64,000 nucleotides of DNA, from assembly GCF_018977255.1 (NCBI RefSeq), contig NW_024704743.1, positions 30,134,001-30,198,000 of the forward strand, written 5' to 3'. Made by a program: the position numbers and the translations under genes. This document shows positions 12,316-24,435 of the stretch, piece after piece. The notes beneath the pieces were generated by a model. The model was not told where the DNA came from. It worked only from the letters and a program-made list of their open reading frames with translations, and made no database searches. Within the stretch, counting starts at the first letter, position 1, and each line of letters starts with the position of its first letter. The stretch is from Callorhinchus milii. Lineage: Eukaryota.

Positions 12316-14109
12316 GACAAGGCAGACAAGCCCATTCAGGTCCTAAGTTGGAGGCTGGTTTGCCAATACTTTTCCATTAAAACGGTGTCCCAAATGAGGG
12401 TAGGAGATTGAAGTGCTTCTATACGTTACAGTTTCATTACCAGGCAACATAGCAGTGGGTTTCATTCCATTCTTTCATCACTTTGGAAAGAAATGGCTTT
12501 GACCTTGAGAGACATTTTTCCAAGAGATTAAAAAAAAGCTCAAGTGTATTCGCTTTAGGCAGAAACAATGCACAAACACATAAATTATGTTTACTTTTAA
12601 GTAAAATATGGGTCTTAATTGCAGCGATTACTAATAGGATTCCAAATTGCCAATGGAGACATTTTCTGGTAGCAGGAGGTGTGTCTTCATCAAGCAAAAT
12701 CTGCACTCCAACACTCAGCACAGTGCAGCAAGCTTCTGACACTGACTAGACAGCTTCCCAAGCTAAATAATTTCTAGGTCATTAGATTGCCTTTGATGTA
12801 ATTTCATGGCGCGCAAGTATGTCTTGAATAGAAAGTGTAGCTGAGATCCTTTCCTGTGTACCTCACGTACATGCCTACATCATTTCCTGTGTGCATCTTG
12901 AAGGAAGTGACATTAGCGGTGCTTCCCATGCTTTGCACAAATGCATTATAACAGAGTATCTCTGTAGCGCCTTTCACTTAAATTCATATAAGGCTTTTCA
13001 ACAAGAACATCAAATTTACATGTGTATAGCGCCTTTCACGTCAGGAGGATACCCCAAGGTGCTTTTTATAGCATGAGTTAATGCCATCATGACTGCAAGG
13101 GTGTAGGGGGAAACTTATTAGAGAAAAAAACAGATGTGATTGCCGAGAGGACAATAATAATATAGTGAAAGTGCAATGACAAGTGCCTGAATAAACAGTG
13201 GGTGAGATCATTGCTTCCTGTTGCTGTGGTAACAAGCAATGTCACTTTTCTCTGCCTATGTATTATTCAGTTCTTTGAATTCTTTTGTCGCGTTAGTCTA
13301 CTCTTTGGTGCAGAATGCATTTGAAAGCCTTTATCTCTGTTCTACCTTGCCTGTCTTACTCATATCTACTCACAAATCATTAGCAACATCTCCTCTGTTA
13401 CCACAACAACGGGCACAGAATGCTCTGCCAACTCAGAATGTGTTAACACTCAAAACATAGTGATCGGGAAAGACAAATCTAAAATAAGTCAGGCAGAGAT
13501 TCATATTCTTTCTTTAATATGAATTTTCCATACAGCACACTATGATGATGAACCAATTTCTCAGGTAGGTTGTCATAAAAATTTTAATGCATTCATATTT
13601 CCCAGAAAATGAGTGTGTCATTCTTCTGGTTATTCTTCTCAATTCAACCCAGAAGAGCCGTTTAAAGCACATTTGTACACTCAGTTTGACTTGATCTAAT
13701 TCTAAGTACAGTTGCCTGTTTTACCAGGAAATCAATTTACACAATACTTAGAAAAAGACTCAATGTTCCATCTCAATATATTTGAGATCTATATTATTGC
13801 CTCTTCTTCTCGTAGTATAAAGAATAATGATCCCTACATTTAGTATAATACCTTTACTGTGAGGAGGATGTCCTAAGGGGCTTTTTTATTTGTGGGACAC
13901 TGCTGTGTGCAATTGGCTGCCATGTTTTGCCCATAAAATATACAGTCAATCTGAAGAACCCTTTCCAGTCTGAAATCTCAAATTTCTGAAATACCATTAA
14001 TTGCACTCTCAGATTCCTCAATCTTTGCTAATAGCCCCCTTGCATAATAATAACGTTTGCATTTGATATAACGACTAGAACGTCTCAAAGCTTCTATAAG
14101 CGCCAGATA

Positions 14110-14660
14110 GTCCTTCTGTAGTGCAGACACCAGAACTGTGTTCAAAATTCCAGGTGAGGCTGGACTGATGCTTTATGCAAGCTTTGTGTTACAACAACTT
14201 GCATTTATATAGCATCCTTCACACAGGGTAGTATCTCTGAATGCTCGGAGTGCTGTTACTATCTATGACTCATACTCTATATCTTTGGCTATGACACTGA
14301 AATGTTTGCACACTCTGTGCTGATAGTTTCAATGAGCTAAACTACTAATAACCCTTAACTCTCTGGCTTATTTCCTTCCACAAGCAGAATCCCACCTCAG
14401 GCCTCTGCAGCATGGCTACGTGTGGAATAGTTATTTATCTCAGTCTGTACCTATTTGCACATGTCTGCATATCGTCCAATACTGGTCTCAAACAGATACT
14501 TTTTTGTGAAGCAGTAAAATGACACAGCGTCAACTGAGTATGGATGTATGTGTTCCACACATCCATACTCGGTGGGGAACAAATGTCTTCTAATCTGTAT
14601 TCTCACTTGGAGCCTGTTCATTTGAAATGTTTGCCCTCTAGTTTTGCACTGGTACTGAAC
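14110..14660 (-). mobile_element. Highly decayed CR1 ORF2 fragments
   Basis: ccagaactgtgttcaaaattccaggtgagg (PHLE..QFW motif) and TRG..F...R..RI.IRRHLF region in ORF 14451..14690. Confidence 0.55.
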
Positions 14661-15538
14661 ATTTCCTAGTGGCTGGCTGATGAGCGACATTGCCAGGGGC
14701 CTGGGAACAGGTCACTCAGCTGCAGTTGGTGCACGTCCCGTGGAGATCCAAGTGAGAGGAGTGAGAAAATAGCTTGGGGGAATAATAATGAAAGGACACA
14801 TACTCATGCAAACTACTCATTCTAGGCACCACTTTAATATGCATGGGTGATTTTAAAGCACTTTGTTACTTGCTTCAGTGTTGATTGTCATAAATTGCTT
14901 CATTGGCACATGTTGAGGTAGGTAGCAAATCCTCTGACAGAGATATCATGAAAAGATCACTATTTTTAGCAATCAGCATATGATAGACACCATCGCCCAC
15001 CCACTGCCCTGATATCAATCCTGAAAAGTCATACTTGATGTGCTGTTCTAAATACATGCAGCGACCACAGTGAGGGATTCAACTTCTAACTTTTGATTGA
15101 TATAAAATCCACCCAGGGGCGTCCAGGCAAACAGTTCAGAAGACCAAATTAATTTGATGGATGCGAGTTCTATATCCCAGGACAGCAGAGGCAATCATAA
15201 GTGAGGAATATTTGCATTAAATGTAACGTACGGTGACCAGACCGAACCTGAATTCAAGATGCAGCTGCACCCTGTCAAATATTTATTATTAAAAACTCAC
15301 ATTTTTTACCAGGAAGTTAGTTAACAAAGAGTCCATTAGTTACAACTAATGAACAGCCAAATATTTATAGTCCACTGGGTCCATTCTCGGAGGCACAATT
15401 AATAATGCAGTAAGCAAGAGATTAATATTTGTCATTGTTTTCAAGGAAACCTTTTGCTTTAAATGCTTCGTACTGTGTATTAAACAAGGGGCAGATATAA
15501 TAAGATTGGAAAATTGTGGAATTCCAAAATACATACTT

Positions 15539-15776
15539 GGGGACAAATTCCACCTGGGTCTAGATTCACTCTATTTATACAGCATTTCAGTGGGTCCAGA
15601 ATTTAGCTAATTGTTAATTCAGTCTTAATTTTGAAATTGTTTTTCTGTAGTTTGTAAGAGAGACTTATAGAAAACTGGCTTCAAAATTAAGACTGCATTT
15701 ACGAATTTTCTAAATTCCAGACATTGAAAGTTACATAAATAGATATCGATGCTAGATCTGGATGGAATTTATCCCC
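15539..15776. mobile_element. Palindromic MITE (non-autonomous DNA transposon), 238 bp
   Basis: Terminal inverted repeats GGGGACAAATTCCACCTGGGTCTAG / reverse-complement GGGGATAAATTCCATCCAGATCTAG (20/25); perfect inner inverted repeat cagtcttaattttgaa 15620-15635 / 15680-15695. Confidence 0.85.
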
Positions 15777-17222
15777 AAGCCTTCCTCAACTGAACTCCAG
15801 CAGAGGGAACAAGGGAGTCAAACTCCTTCAGATGAGGGGAGATGAATGAAGAAAATTACTGGAGAAGATTGGCAGCTGTATTCCACATGATAAGAGGAGG
15901 TCTACCAAAGGGTAGACCTCAGTTTCACAGTTGCGTTTACTCCTGTTGCCGAATATATTTGGTGCAAACTTTGTGTTGTAGAGTCGCCGTGCTGTACTAC
16001 CATTTGAATCTGTCCCTTTTGCCACGTTTCATCTAAAACTAGCTTGGTAGCTAGAGCAGTGTGATGTCCAGATCCAACACAAAAACTTGCATTTTTATTG
16101 TGCCCTTCACTCGGCGTAGCGTCTCAGAGCATCGCAAAATGACAATGGCATAACATATATTGAAACCACTCTAACTGCTTCTTGGTGTGATTCCTAGCTG
16201 TTTCAGTCCAGTGGACTTGCCCTAGTAAGTAGCTTGTAATGTACATTGGACATGTCAATGTACAATGGGAACTTTGGTCGCCTATGAAGAAAAGTGCTTA
16301 TAATAGAAAATACATTGTGTACATGTACAATGGCATTTGGACCATAAAGGAAAGTGAAACAGCTCTATATGTCGGGAGTATAATGTACAGTTTTGATGGA
16401 TCTCACTCAAGCTGGCCTGAGTGTCTAAGGACATAATAGGTAGGCTCTTTGTGTCTTCTTCCAGAAAAGATCTACCTTTAAGTGATGTTTCAGAAGGTCA
16501 GAGTTTCCAGCTGGCTATTAGTCATTCTGCTCCCTGTGGGGGTTAATTTGTGATATTTGCAAAAGGTCTTTTCGTAGCTTGGGAAAGCCAGCAAAGTGTG
16601 TAAAAGAAAGGGCAGAGGGTGAAATGCTACCTGATCTCTTATCAAACTTTGTCACCTTGTAACAATGAGCCATTTTGCAAATATGACAAATTAGACCTGC
16701 AATGCAGTATTAGCCCTATGATTCTGCCATTTACTGCTGAGGTCGCTGGTGCTGTACAGGGCTACAGAGCAAAGGATTGAATGTTGAGGAGAAATAACTT
16801 TCACAGGTCACAAAAAGCTTTTTGAACAAAAGCCAAAATTGTCAGCTGGCAACCGTTTGACAAGTGTCAGTGTGGATCTTCCGAAAGATCAAGTCCTTCC
16901 CTTTAGGCTTCATTCATTTTGTCACATCATAGCTAAATGTCATCTTGCACCTTTAGGTCTACTGCTGTACTCATTACTTAGTGCGAAGAATAAACTGTCA
17001 AATGTGTGAAGTAAATGGGGAGGTGAGGGTTGGGGTCAGGCAACAAATGTTTGGCCGAACCCCTGCTCCCAACACCACCAGGTAGAGATGTATCAGGAGT
17101 TGCCTGATTTGTACCCACGCAGTATAAATGATATGGGTATGAATTACATTGGGCTGACTCTCTTTTGGGTTAAGCGCCCTGGGACACTACCCTGTGTGAA
17201 GGGCGCTTTCTTAATACAAGTT

Positions 17223-17715
17223 CGAATTCAAGATCCTCATCCTCACCTACAAGGCCATTCACGGCCTTGCTCCCTCCTACCTCTCCGACCTACTATCCCC
17301 CTACCTACCTGCCCGTACCCTTCGTTCCTCTGGCTCCGGTCTGCTCCACATCCCCCGCCCCAACCGCCCTACCATCGGTGTCCGGGCCTTCAGCCTCTCA
17401 GCCCCGAGGCTCTGGAACTCTATCCCCCACTGCCTTCGCCGCCTCCTCCCTTTCCTCCTTCAAGGCCGGTCTCAAGACCTTTCTCTTTGACCGTGCCTTC
17501 AGCTCCCCTCTCGACTCTCTACCCCCTCCTCGCTCCCTCCCTTCCCTCCCCTCACCCTGACCATTTCCCCCCTCCTCGCTCCCTCCCTTCCCTCCCCTCA
17601 CCCTGACCATTTTCCCCCGCTCGGGTCCTGACCCAACTGTACAGCGCCTTGGGACGTCCTCCCGACGTGAAAGGCGCTCTATAAATGGAATCGTGTTGTT
17701 GTTGTTGTTGTGGTT
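17223..17715 (+). mobile_element. Young 5'-truncated L2 LINE (ORF2 C-terminus, 3'UTR, (GTT)n tail)
   Basis: FKILILTYKAIHGLAPSYLSDLL...; nearly identical to the reverse complement of 36060-36350; tail cagcgccttgggacgtcctcccgacgtgaaaggcgctctataaatgg(gtt)n. Confidence 0.93.
17522..17612 (+). repeat. ~46-bp tandem duplication in L2 3'UTR polypyrimidine tract
   Basis: ccccctcctcgctccctcccttccctcccctcaccctgaccattt occurs twice. Confidence 0.9.
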
Positions 17716-17751
17716 CTTGTTGTTGTAAAAGCTCTCAAGCCTTTCACTGCT

Positions 17752-18069
17752 TAATAATAATATAATAATCCTTGCATTTGATATAGCGCTTTTCACATCT
17801 GCTCGACGTCTCAAAGCGCTTCACAGAATAGACTCTAAAGTGAATTGACCGTATATTTGTGGGCGAAACGCGGCAGCCAATTGCGCACAGCAGTGCCCCA
17901 CAAACAGTCGTGGATTGAAATGACCAATTTATTATTTTTTTTATTTTGGAGGGATTATTATTAGGTGTGTGGAGTAAGGAAACTTGCCCAAGGTTTCGCC
18001 CTGCCTGGAATTGAACCCAGGTGTCTCACTTGCAAGGCGAGTGCTCTAACCACTGAGCTACAGGACTCC
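17752..18069 (-). mobile_element. Full-length tRNA-SINE, short variant
   Basis: Head ggagtcctgtagctcagtggttagagcactcgccttgcaag..gggttcaattcc (tRNA-Ala(UGC)-like anticodon loop, A and B boxes); lacks the 65-bp insert; (ATT)n tail. Confidence 0.94.
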
Positions 18070-18179
18070 TATATTGCTTATTCATGTTCTTAAAGAGAGA
18101 ATTACACAAATGTGCATGTCCTGAACGTTGGAATTGAGCCGAGTTAGTGAGGGAAACAGGGTACTGAGCAAATGTGGAT

Positions 18180-18325
18180 CATTATAGTCTAGCCCAATCC
18201 TTCCCTCATCTGATGCCCACACACTGGGGTTCCACTATGGTGCAATGTGTACAAGTCCCAGAGCACTGAGGCAAACTGTGGTGACCCCAGAGATGCCCTG
18301 GCTGAGATGAAGCAGCTCAGCCCAG
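18180..18325 (-). mobile_element. AmnSINE2-like ancient SINE relic
   Basis: gcactgaggcaaactgt...ccctggctgagat..agcagctcagc resembles the recalled AmnSINE2 core GCTGAGTTAGCTGATCTCAGC..ACAATTGGCCTCAG. Confidence 0.45.
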
Positions 18326-19086
18326 AAAGCTTGGTGAATTGAGAGCTACAGGAGAATGTAGTTCAATTTCAATTTGGACAGTGACTTTGGCAGTTCAGCT
18401 CCATGGAGCTGATATCTGATGTAGGCTTTAATGCAAATTATTTCATACATTCAAGTTTCAAGTTCACAATTTCTGTACCATTTGTTTATTTTCAGTTCTG
18501 ATCTGGAAATATAAATCAGCCATCCCCCCACACATCTCTATGAAACCGGGAGCAATGCCGCTTTACTCCTAATTATACCAAAGTGGCATTAGTGGACACC
18601 CAGCCTTTTTATACTGGTATTGTTACCATGGAACCCTTCTAGTTTGCTCCTTGAACCTGATTTCCCAGGGCCGTTAATGACCAAAGGCCAGATGTAGTTA
18701 CAATACAATACAAAATTACATTTGTACAGCGCCTTTCATGTCAGGAGGACATCGGTAGTCATGGAGAAGGTGGCAGCAGTCTGATGGTGATTCTCCCTCT
18801 ATGATTTTCCTTCCACTCTATTCCGTGCTGCCTAGTCTACACTCCTCTGTTTGCCAAGTAAGTGCGTGGAATTTAACAATCTGCCCATCAATTTGTATTA
18901 CGTGGCATGCAGCACCAACCCTAACCTGAATGTGCCCTTCAGGTTACGATGTTGCCCCTAAGAAAATGCTCTCTCATTCCAGTCAATTTCCTCATTGAAC
19001 AATCCTCTCTTGTTCCATGAAATACAGTTTCAGTTGTCAAATTTCATCCACACACCGTAGACATTTTATAATTATAATCACTTTCT

Positions 19087-19525
19087 TAATAACAATAGTA
19101 ATCCTTGCATTTTTATAGCGCTTTATTGTGTCATCGAGATGTCTAAAAGTGCTTCACAGGATATACGGTAAAATGGATTGACCGTATTTTATGGGTGAAA
19201 TGCGGTTTTGCGCACAGGCAGTGTCCCATAAACAGTCATGGAGTGAATGACAACTATTATTTGGGGGATTTGCTGGCCAACACGCTGGGAGAAACGCCCC
19301 TCTCTTTTCAAATAGTGGCATGGGATCTTTAACATCCACCTGAACAGGCAGATGGGACTGCCTGTTTAACATCTCAACCGAAGGACAGCATCTCCGACAA
19401 TACAATACATCCCAGCACTGCATTAGAGTGTCATTTTAGACAATGTGATTCTGAGTCCCGATGTGGGGCTTGAAGCCACAACCTTCTGACTCAGAGGCAA
19501 GCGTGCTACCACTGTGGCAGACTGA
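19087..19525 (-). mobile_element. Full-length Deu-domain SINE (SacSINE1-like)
   Basis: tRNA-like head (cagtggtagcac..cctctgagtcagaaggttgtgg..tcaagcccca), Deu core (gagatgttaaac...cctgttcaggtggatgttaaagatcccatgccactatttgaaaagag), L2-type tail. Confidence 0.88.
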
Positions 19526-22364
19526 CCCGCATGTGTAAGTTATGTAAAGTACTTTTTTNGTTAAGCTTGTTTTCTTCTTGTTGCTTCATTAGGTTGACTG
19601 AATGAATGATTAAATGGACGGTACTATAAAGACTGGCAAATTGACTTTTTTATACATCGGCAATTTAGCCATCTGAACCAAGCATGAAGGTCCGCAGCAA
19701 GAATTTGCTTCTAAGCAAGTTACACCCGAAGTTATCAGAATTAGACTCAAGTTCTCTTCCTTTTCCCTCAAAAGGTGCATCAATGTGCATTTTATATCTC
19801 GTAAGCAAGGAAACAGCAAGCAATGTGCAAATAAGTAGGGGGATTGTGGTCCCTCATTTATGTGGCACATTCTGCTTAATATGCAGAAACAGATGTACAT
19901 TAAAGATTATTTATTTTCTACAGCTGTTGGGCATTACCATTGAGACAGCCACTGGCTTCATCAGCATCAATAAAGCTCTTCTCATTGAGTTTGATCATTA
20001 ACAAAAAACGCACAGTATTGTTAACAGGCACTGCCTCTAAAATCATTACCCAGCATGTGTTGTGTGTGACAGAACTTAATAACTGGAGAAATGAATTGCC
20101 TGCTGTAACAATACACTACTAAACCCAAATGGAAATGAGGAGAATTTGCATGGCTGTTTCTTTTAGTATCATACAGCCAACCAAGGCCTAACCCTATAAC
20201 TCAACAAAGGCTCTCAGAATGCAGTTCGCTACAATATTTGCATGGTAATTGTGATAAAGTTGCCTGATGCACAAATATGATATTGATGGCTAACTAAAGG
20301 CATATGGAAATGGCACAATGAAGTGCAGAGTTTAAAAAAATGGAATAACCACACTGCATTCACTGCAATCTTCCGCACAAGTGAAACGTCACTTGTTAAC
20401 ATTTTGTCACTTTGTTAACTGTTTACACGTGGCTTTGAATTAACTTAAGAATTAAAGCCTTCAGTGATTTGTTCCCTGAAGCAACACTCTGAAAACCCAG
20501 TCTAATAAATGTCACCAGGATTTTAATGGGCTTTGTATCTGTACAAAATGAAGACAGATAATATAAATCCATCCAACTGCAGGACAAATCTTTTCCAACC
20601 CATGATGGATTTTTCACCCACAGAATAAGCAATGACAATAAATATTTGGAACACACATAAATTATTAATACTTCTCACAACAATGCTTTCCATTCCCCAT
20701 GATGCTATATCACAAACTCTGGTCATGCAAGCTGAGCGTGATCAGGAGAGACAGGAGAACTGTGATCTTCCGAGAGCTGTGACATAGGGATCTGCTCCTA
20801 ATTACAACAACAACAACTTGTATTTATATTGCACCCTTCACATGAGGACGTGTCTTGGAGCACTTAATTAGGGCAGACTCACATCACAGCTTTTATGTGC
20901 TAGATCTTGTATACTTTATCTGTATTCAGCTGACAGTAAATATTGAACCGTTTCTACTGTCCACTTATAGTCTACACGCCTAATTGAAAACAACATTTAT
21001 TTAGATAACAATGTATCATTGAATATCTATTATAGGACAAAGACGAGCAACAGAATATATTTTTCTAATGATACTCAAAGTAAAATATCCATATGTTTGT
21101 TAAGGAAAGGTGCACCCTTCATGGGCTAATGTGCTAGCAGCTATGTCTGATAAAGTATTTCTGATTTGTGCTTCCCTTCAATGTTTATTTCAATTCTCGA
21201 ATGATTGGATGACCATGTTTGCTGTCCACTCTCCATTTAGTTTGCTGCTTTGCATCTTAAGTGCATCCAGACCTTTCTGCCACAAAAGGCAAATTTGTGC
21301 ATTTGAGAATGAGAAACAATCTGAATCCAGGAGTTTCTTGAGGTTTGTCCATTGATATAACTCTATAAATCTATGTAACGGGGCACAAATGATTGGTCTG
21401 TTTAATGTTAGAATGGAACAGTACTATTTCCAATAACCAGATTAGACTATTGATAGTTTGGCACTTGTGTTTGGTATTGCTATGTAAGTATTAAACATTT
21501 TGTAATGTTTCATGTTTGCGGGTAGTAAATGTATGGTGCAGATAATGCACATAAACTCAGTATCGTTTGCTGAATGCAGTACAATTAGTGGAACTATTAA
21601 AAGCTTTGAGTCAGCCATCAGCTAAGCAGCCAGCAATGGGTAATTGAGACTGACAAGAGTTATGTCCCAGAGGGTCTTTGACATTGTACTGGAGATGAGA
21701 TGATAAAATTGGACCAAAATAAATAATGGACAGTGCATTAGGAAATAGCCTTGTCAACTTTGGCTGTCATATCAATAAAAGTTGTAAGATTATCTTGATG
21801 TCTTTATTTAATAGACGAGCTATGACAATGATAGGGCATGCACTACTGCTGTAAACTCATATCGAAACTGACCTAAAGGAAATAAGCCAATGATGTAATT
21901 TGCAGAGGGATTATAACAAAAAAACGGTGCCTTTGTAAGGTGTATGTTTTCCCATTAAACAAAACAACCAGCAGTCTTTTCTGACCATTGTTCTGTTTCT
22001 CATACTGTGCTAATTTATTACATTCACAAAACAAGGCCGTAAAAGTCAATTGCTTTTCTGATTGGAAGGACAGAAATACAGTAGGTACCATGGTTACCCA
22101 GATGTACCTGATGGAGGTGAAAGGTTTCAGAATTCAGACATCACATAGCAGATTGCTGTGCATGTTGGATCATGAGCTAGATGTGAGTAAGCCGCCTCCA
22201 AAAGAACAAAAATTAAGATCATATAACATACTCAAGGTTATTCAGCTGAATGTCTCTGTAAAACTCTTTCCCCTGCATTTCAGTCTCACTTACGTAAAAG
22301 AGGGGTGGAGAGTGTGATGTTTTGACAGATTGAATGTGATGATACTGGCTACAAAGAATTCGAA

Positions 22365-22545
22365 TCAGTCGGGCAGGGTTCAGAGTCCTGATCGCTCTTC
22401 AGTGAACCTTTACTGGAAAGTGTGTTAGGATATTTGGTTAGGACATCTGTCTTAGCTCTGAGAGCTCCCTTCTGTTTGCATCGCCTGCCAACACTCACTG
22501 TCCAGGCTTTCACGTGAAGAATAGCCACGAGGGCAGGGTAACTGT
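22365..22545 (+). mobile_element. AmnSINE2-like ancient SINE relic
   Basis: cagggttc..tcctgatcgct..cagtga.c...tggaaagtgtgt...gcctgccaacactcactgtccaggct..cacgtgaagaatagccac; parallels 62975-63165. Confidence 0.6.
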
Positions 22546-22684
22546 GTAACATGTCAGGTCGGGGTGGCACAGTGCACTGAAGAACTGATGGATTGTAAAT
22601 GATTGACAGAATGTGTGTTCCTGACCGCAGTCCCACTTGCATAGATCTCAGTCAAAATCTATTAGTTGTTCCACCAGAGGGGCT

Positions 22685-22925
22685 TGGTGAGTGGATGTGG
22701 GAGCGAGTGGACACATCCTGCTTACCTAATTCTGGAAAGTATGAGGAAAAAGCCAAGGTTTGGGGACCCCAGAGTGTGTGTTGGGTACTGCTGCAGTCTA
22801 ACTAGCTAAAACCGCAGAGCTTGCCATTGATATCGCTGTCTGGCAAGCTTTCCAGCTGCTTGTCCAGCTAGGACCACCCTATCCATTATGGCTTTGGCTT
22901 ACAAGGTTAACAGGAGCTGAGTGGA
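22685..22925 (+). mobile_element. Unassigned ancient repeat 'X', copy 2
   Basis: ctgcttacctaattctgg...agccaaggtttggggaccccagagtgtg...agctaaaacc..agcttgccattga...ggcaagctttcc..ctgcttgtccagct..ggttaacaggagctgagtgg; reverse complement of about 44950-45150. Confidence 0.8.
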
Positions 22926-23644
22926 TGACTCCCTGCCCCCTGGTGAAAGATATGATGTTTCACAACAGATTTCATAATTAGAAAGTATGTTATCAAACCC
23001 CTAGATATACAAACATTTTGTTCAATTTTTTTATTTCCCTACAACTACACAGTCACTACACTTTACAGAGACTGTGCAGCTCTTTGAGGTCATTTTGCTG
23101 TGATGAGGTGTCATATCAAAAGCAAGGTTTACTATAATGTTATTTTTTATTCCTGGAATTGGTCTCAATTGTACCTGAAACCAACTAACATCTTAAGTAC
23201 CTACAGCTTCCCACTTGGTGACACGACTTTGTTCCTGACTCTGGAGCTAGAATTAGAATGCTGCTTAACAGCATATCTATTACACGAAGCTACTGTGTCA
23301 TTAACCTGCATTAAACAGCCACAATTAGTGATCGGGAACAATAACAGTGTTGAATCCTTAGGGCACCACCATTGACTTGTTTTGTTTTCTCTCCAATGTC
23401 TTTCCTCTTGAACTGAAGTTTGGTTCCATTTGTTCTGATAAAGGCAGGAGCAGGGCTGGGTCCGAGCAGCAGACACAGCTGGGAGAGAGGGACCTGACAT
23501 AAGGACTGGAAAGCAGCATGGAAAAAGCTTCTGCCACGTCAAAGGGCAAAGCAAAAAAATTGCCAATTGGTGCTGCTCTGAGTCATCCCGAGAAATTCCC
23601 TAGAAGTTAAAGGTCAACAGAGTATTAATAATATTATTAGTCGT

Positions 23645-23794
23645 CAATCGACTAACAACTGGGTTCCTACTTACTCCTAGGTAAACAAAGGTGTGTGGAG
23701 TAAGGAAACTTGCCCAACATTTCACCCTCCTGGGAATCGAATCAGGTCACTCGCTCACGAGGCGAGTGCTCTAACCACTGAGCTACAGAACTCC
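23645..23794 (-). mobile_element. tRNA-SINE long variant, 5' half
   Basis: Head plus the aggtaaaca/ttcctacttact insert; no tail. Confidence 0.85.
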
Positions 23795-23804
23795 ACGGGA
23801 GGGG

Positions 23805-23920
23805 GGGGAAGAAAGGATATGGAGAAACGGCAGGTAAATGGGACTGAAAGGATTCCCAGCATAGACATGATGGGCCAAATGGCCTGCTTCTGGACTGTCA
23901 ACTCCTACGGCTCTGTGGTT
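23805..23920 (+). mobile_element. CR1 3' end
   Basis: aaggatatggagaaacggcaggtaaatggg (KGYG..AG.W) then ccagcatagacatgatgggccaaatggcctgcttctg. Confidence 0.75.
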
Positions 23921-24109
23921 CAGATCCTGTCCATATTGAACATCTGCGCATGCATTTTTCAGCAATAAAGATCAGGATACATTTTTGCAAGACCACAATC
24001 ACTGTACAATCACAATTATTACAGCACCTAAATTGCTACCTTGGGGAAGATCAGCTAACTCATCACAGACTTGGGAGAGAATTTGGAGCTTTCCATATCA
24101 GTGAATGAG

Positions 24110-24435
24110 GCAGTCCGCCTGTACACCGAAATGTCCCACAAATAACTTTGAAGTGAATGACCAATTTTATGTGAGGGGATTGTTGCCCAGGAAACAGGGA
24201 GAAACTCCCTTCTCTTTTTGAATAGTGCCATGGAATCTTTAAAATCCACCTGAACAGGCAGACGGGATCCTTGGTTTAACATCTCACATGAAGGGCAGCA
24301 CCTCTGACAATACAACACCAACCACCCACCCCCCCACTCCATCCATCACTGCATTGGAGTGCCAACTGAGATTGTGAGTTCAAAGTGTTCAAACCCATAA
24401 CCTTGTAACTCAGCTGCCAACTTAGCCAGGTTGAC
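24110..24435 (-). mobile_element. Deu-domain SINE
   Basis: gggagaaactcccttctctttttgaatagtgccatggaatctttaaaatccacctgaacaggcagacggga core. Confidence 0.85.

Noticed and set aside
17088..17814. Proline-rich and Gly/Arg-rich ORFs
   Set aside because: Off-frame and antisense translations of the C-rich L2 3' end.
17995..18069. tRNA-Ala-like gene with A and B boxes (also at other SINE heads)
   Set aside because: It runs directly into a SINE body and tail, lacks a proper acceptor stem and recurs in many diverged copies, so it is a SINE head rather than a tRNA gene.
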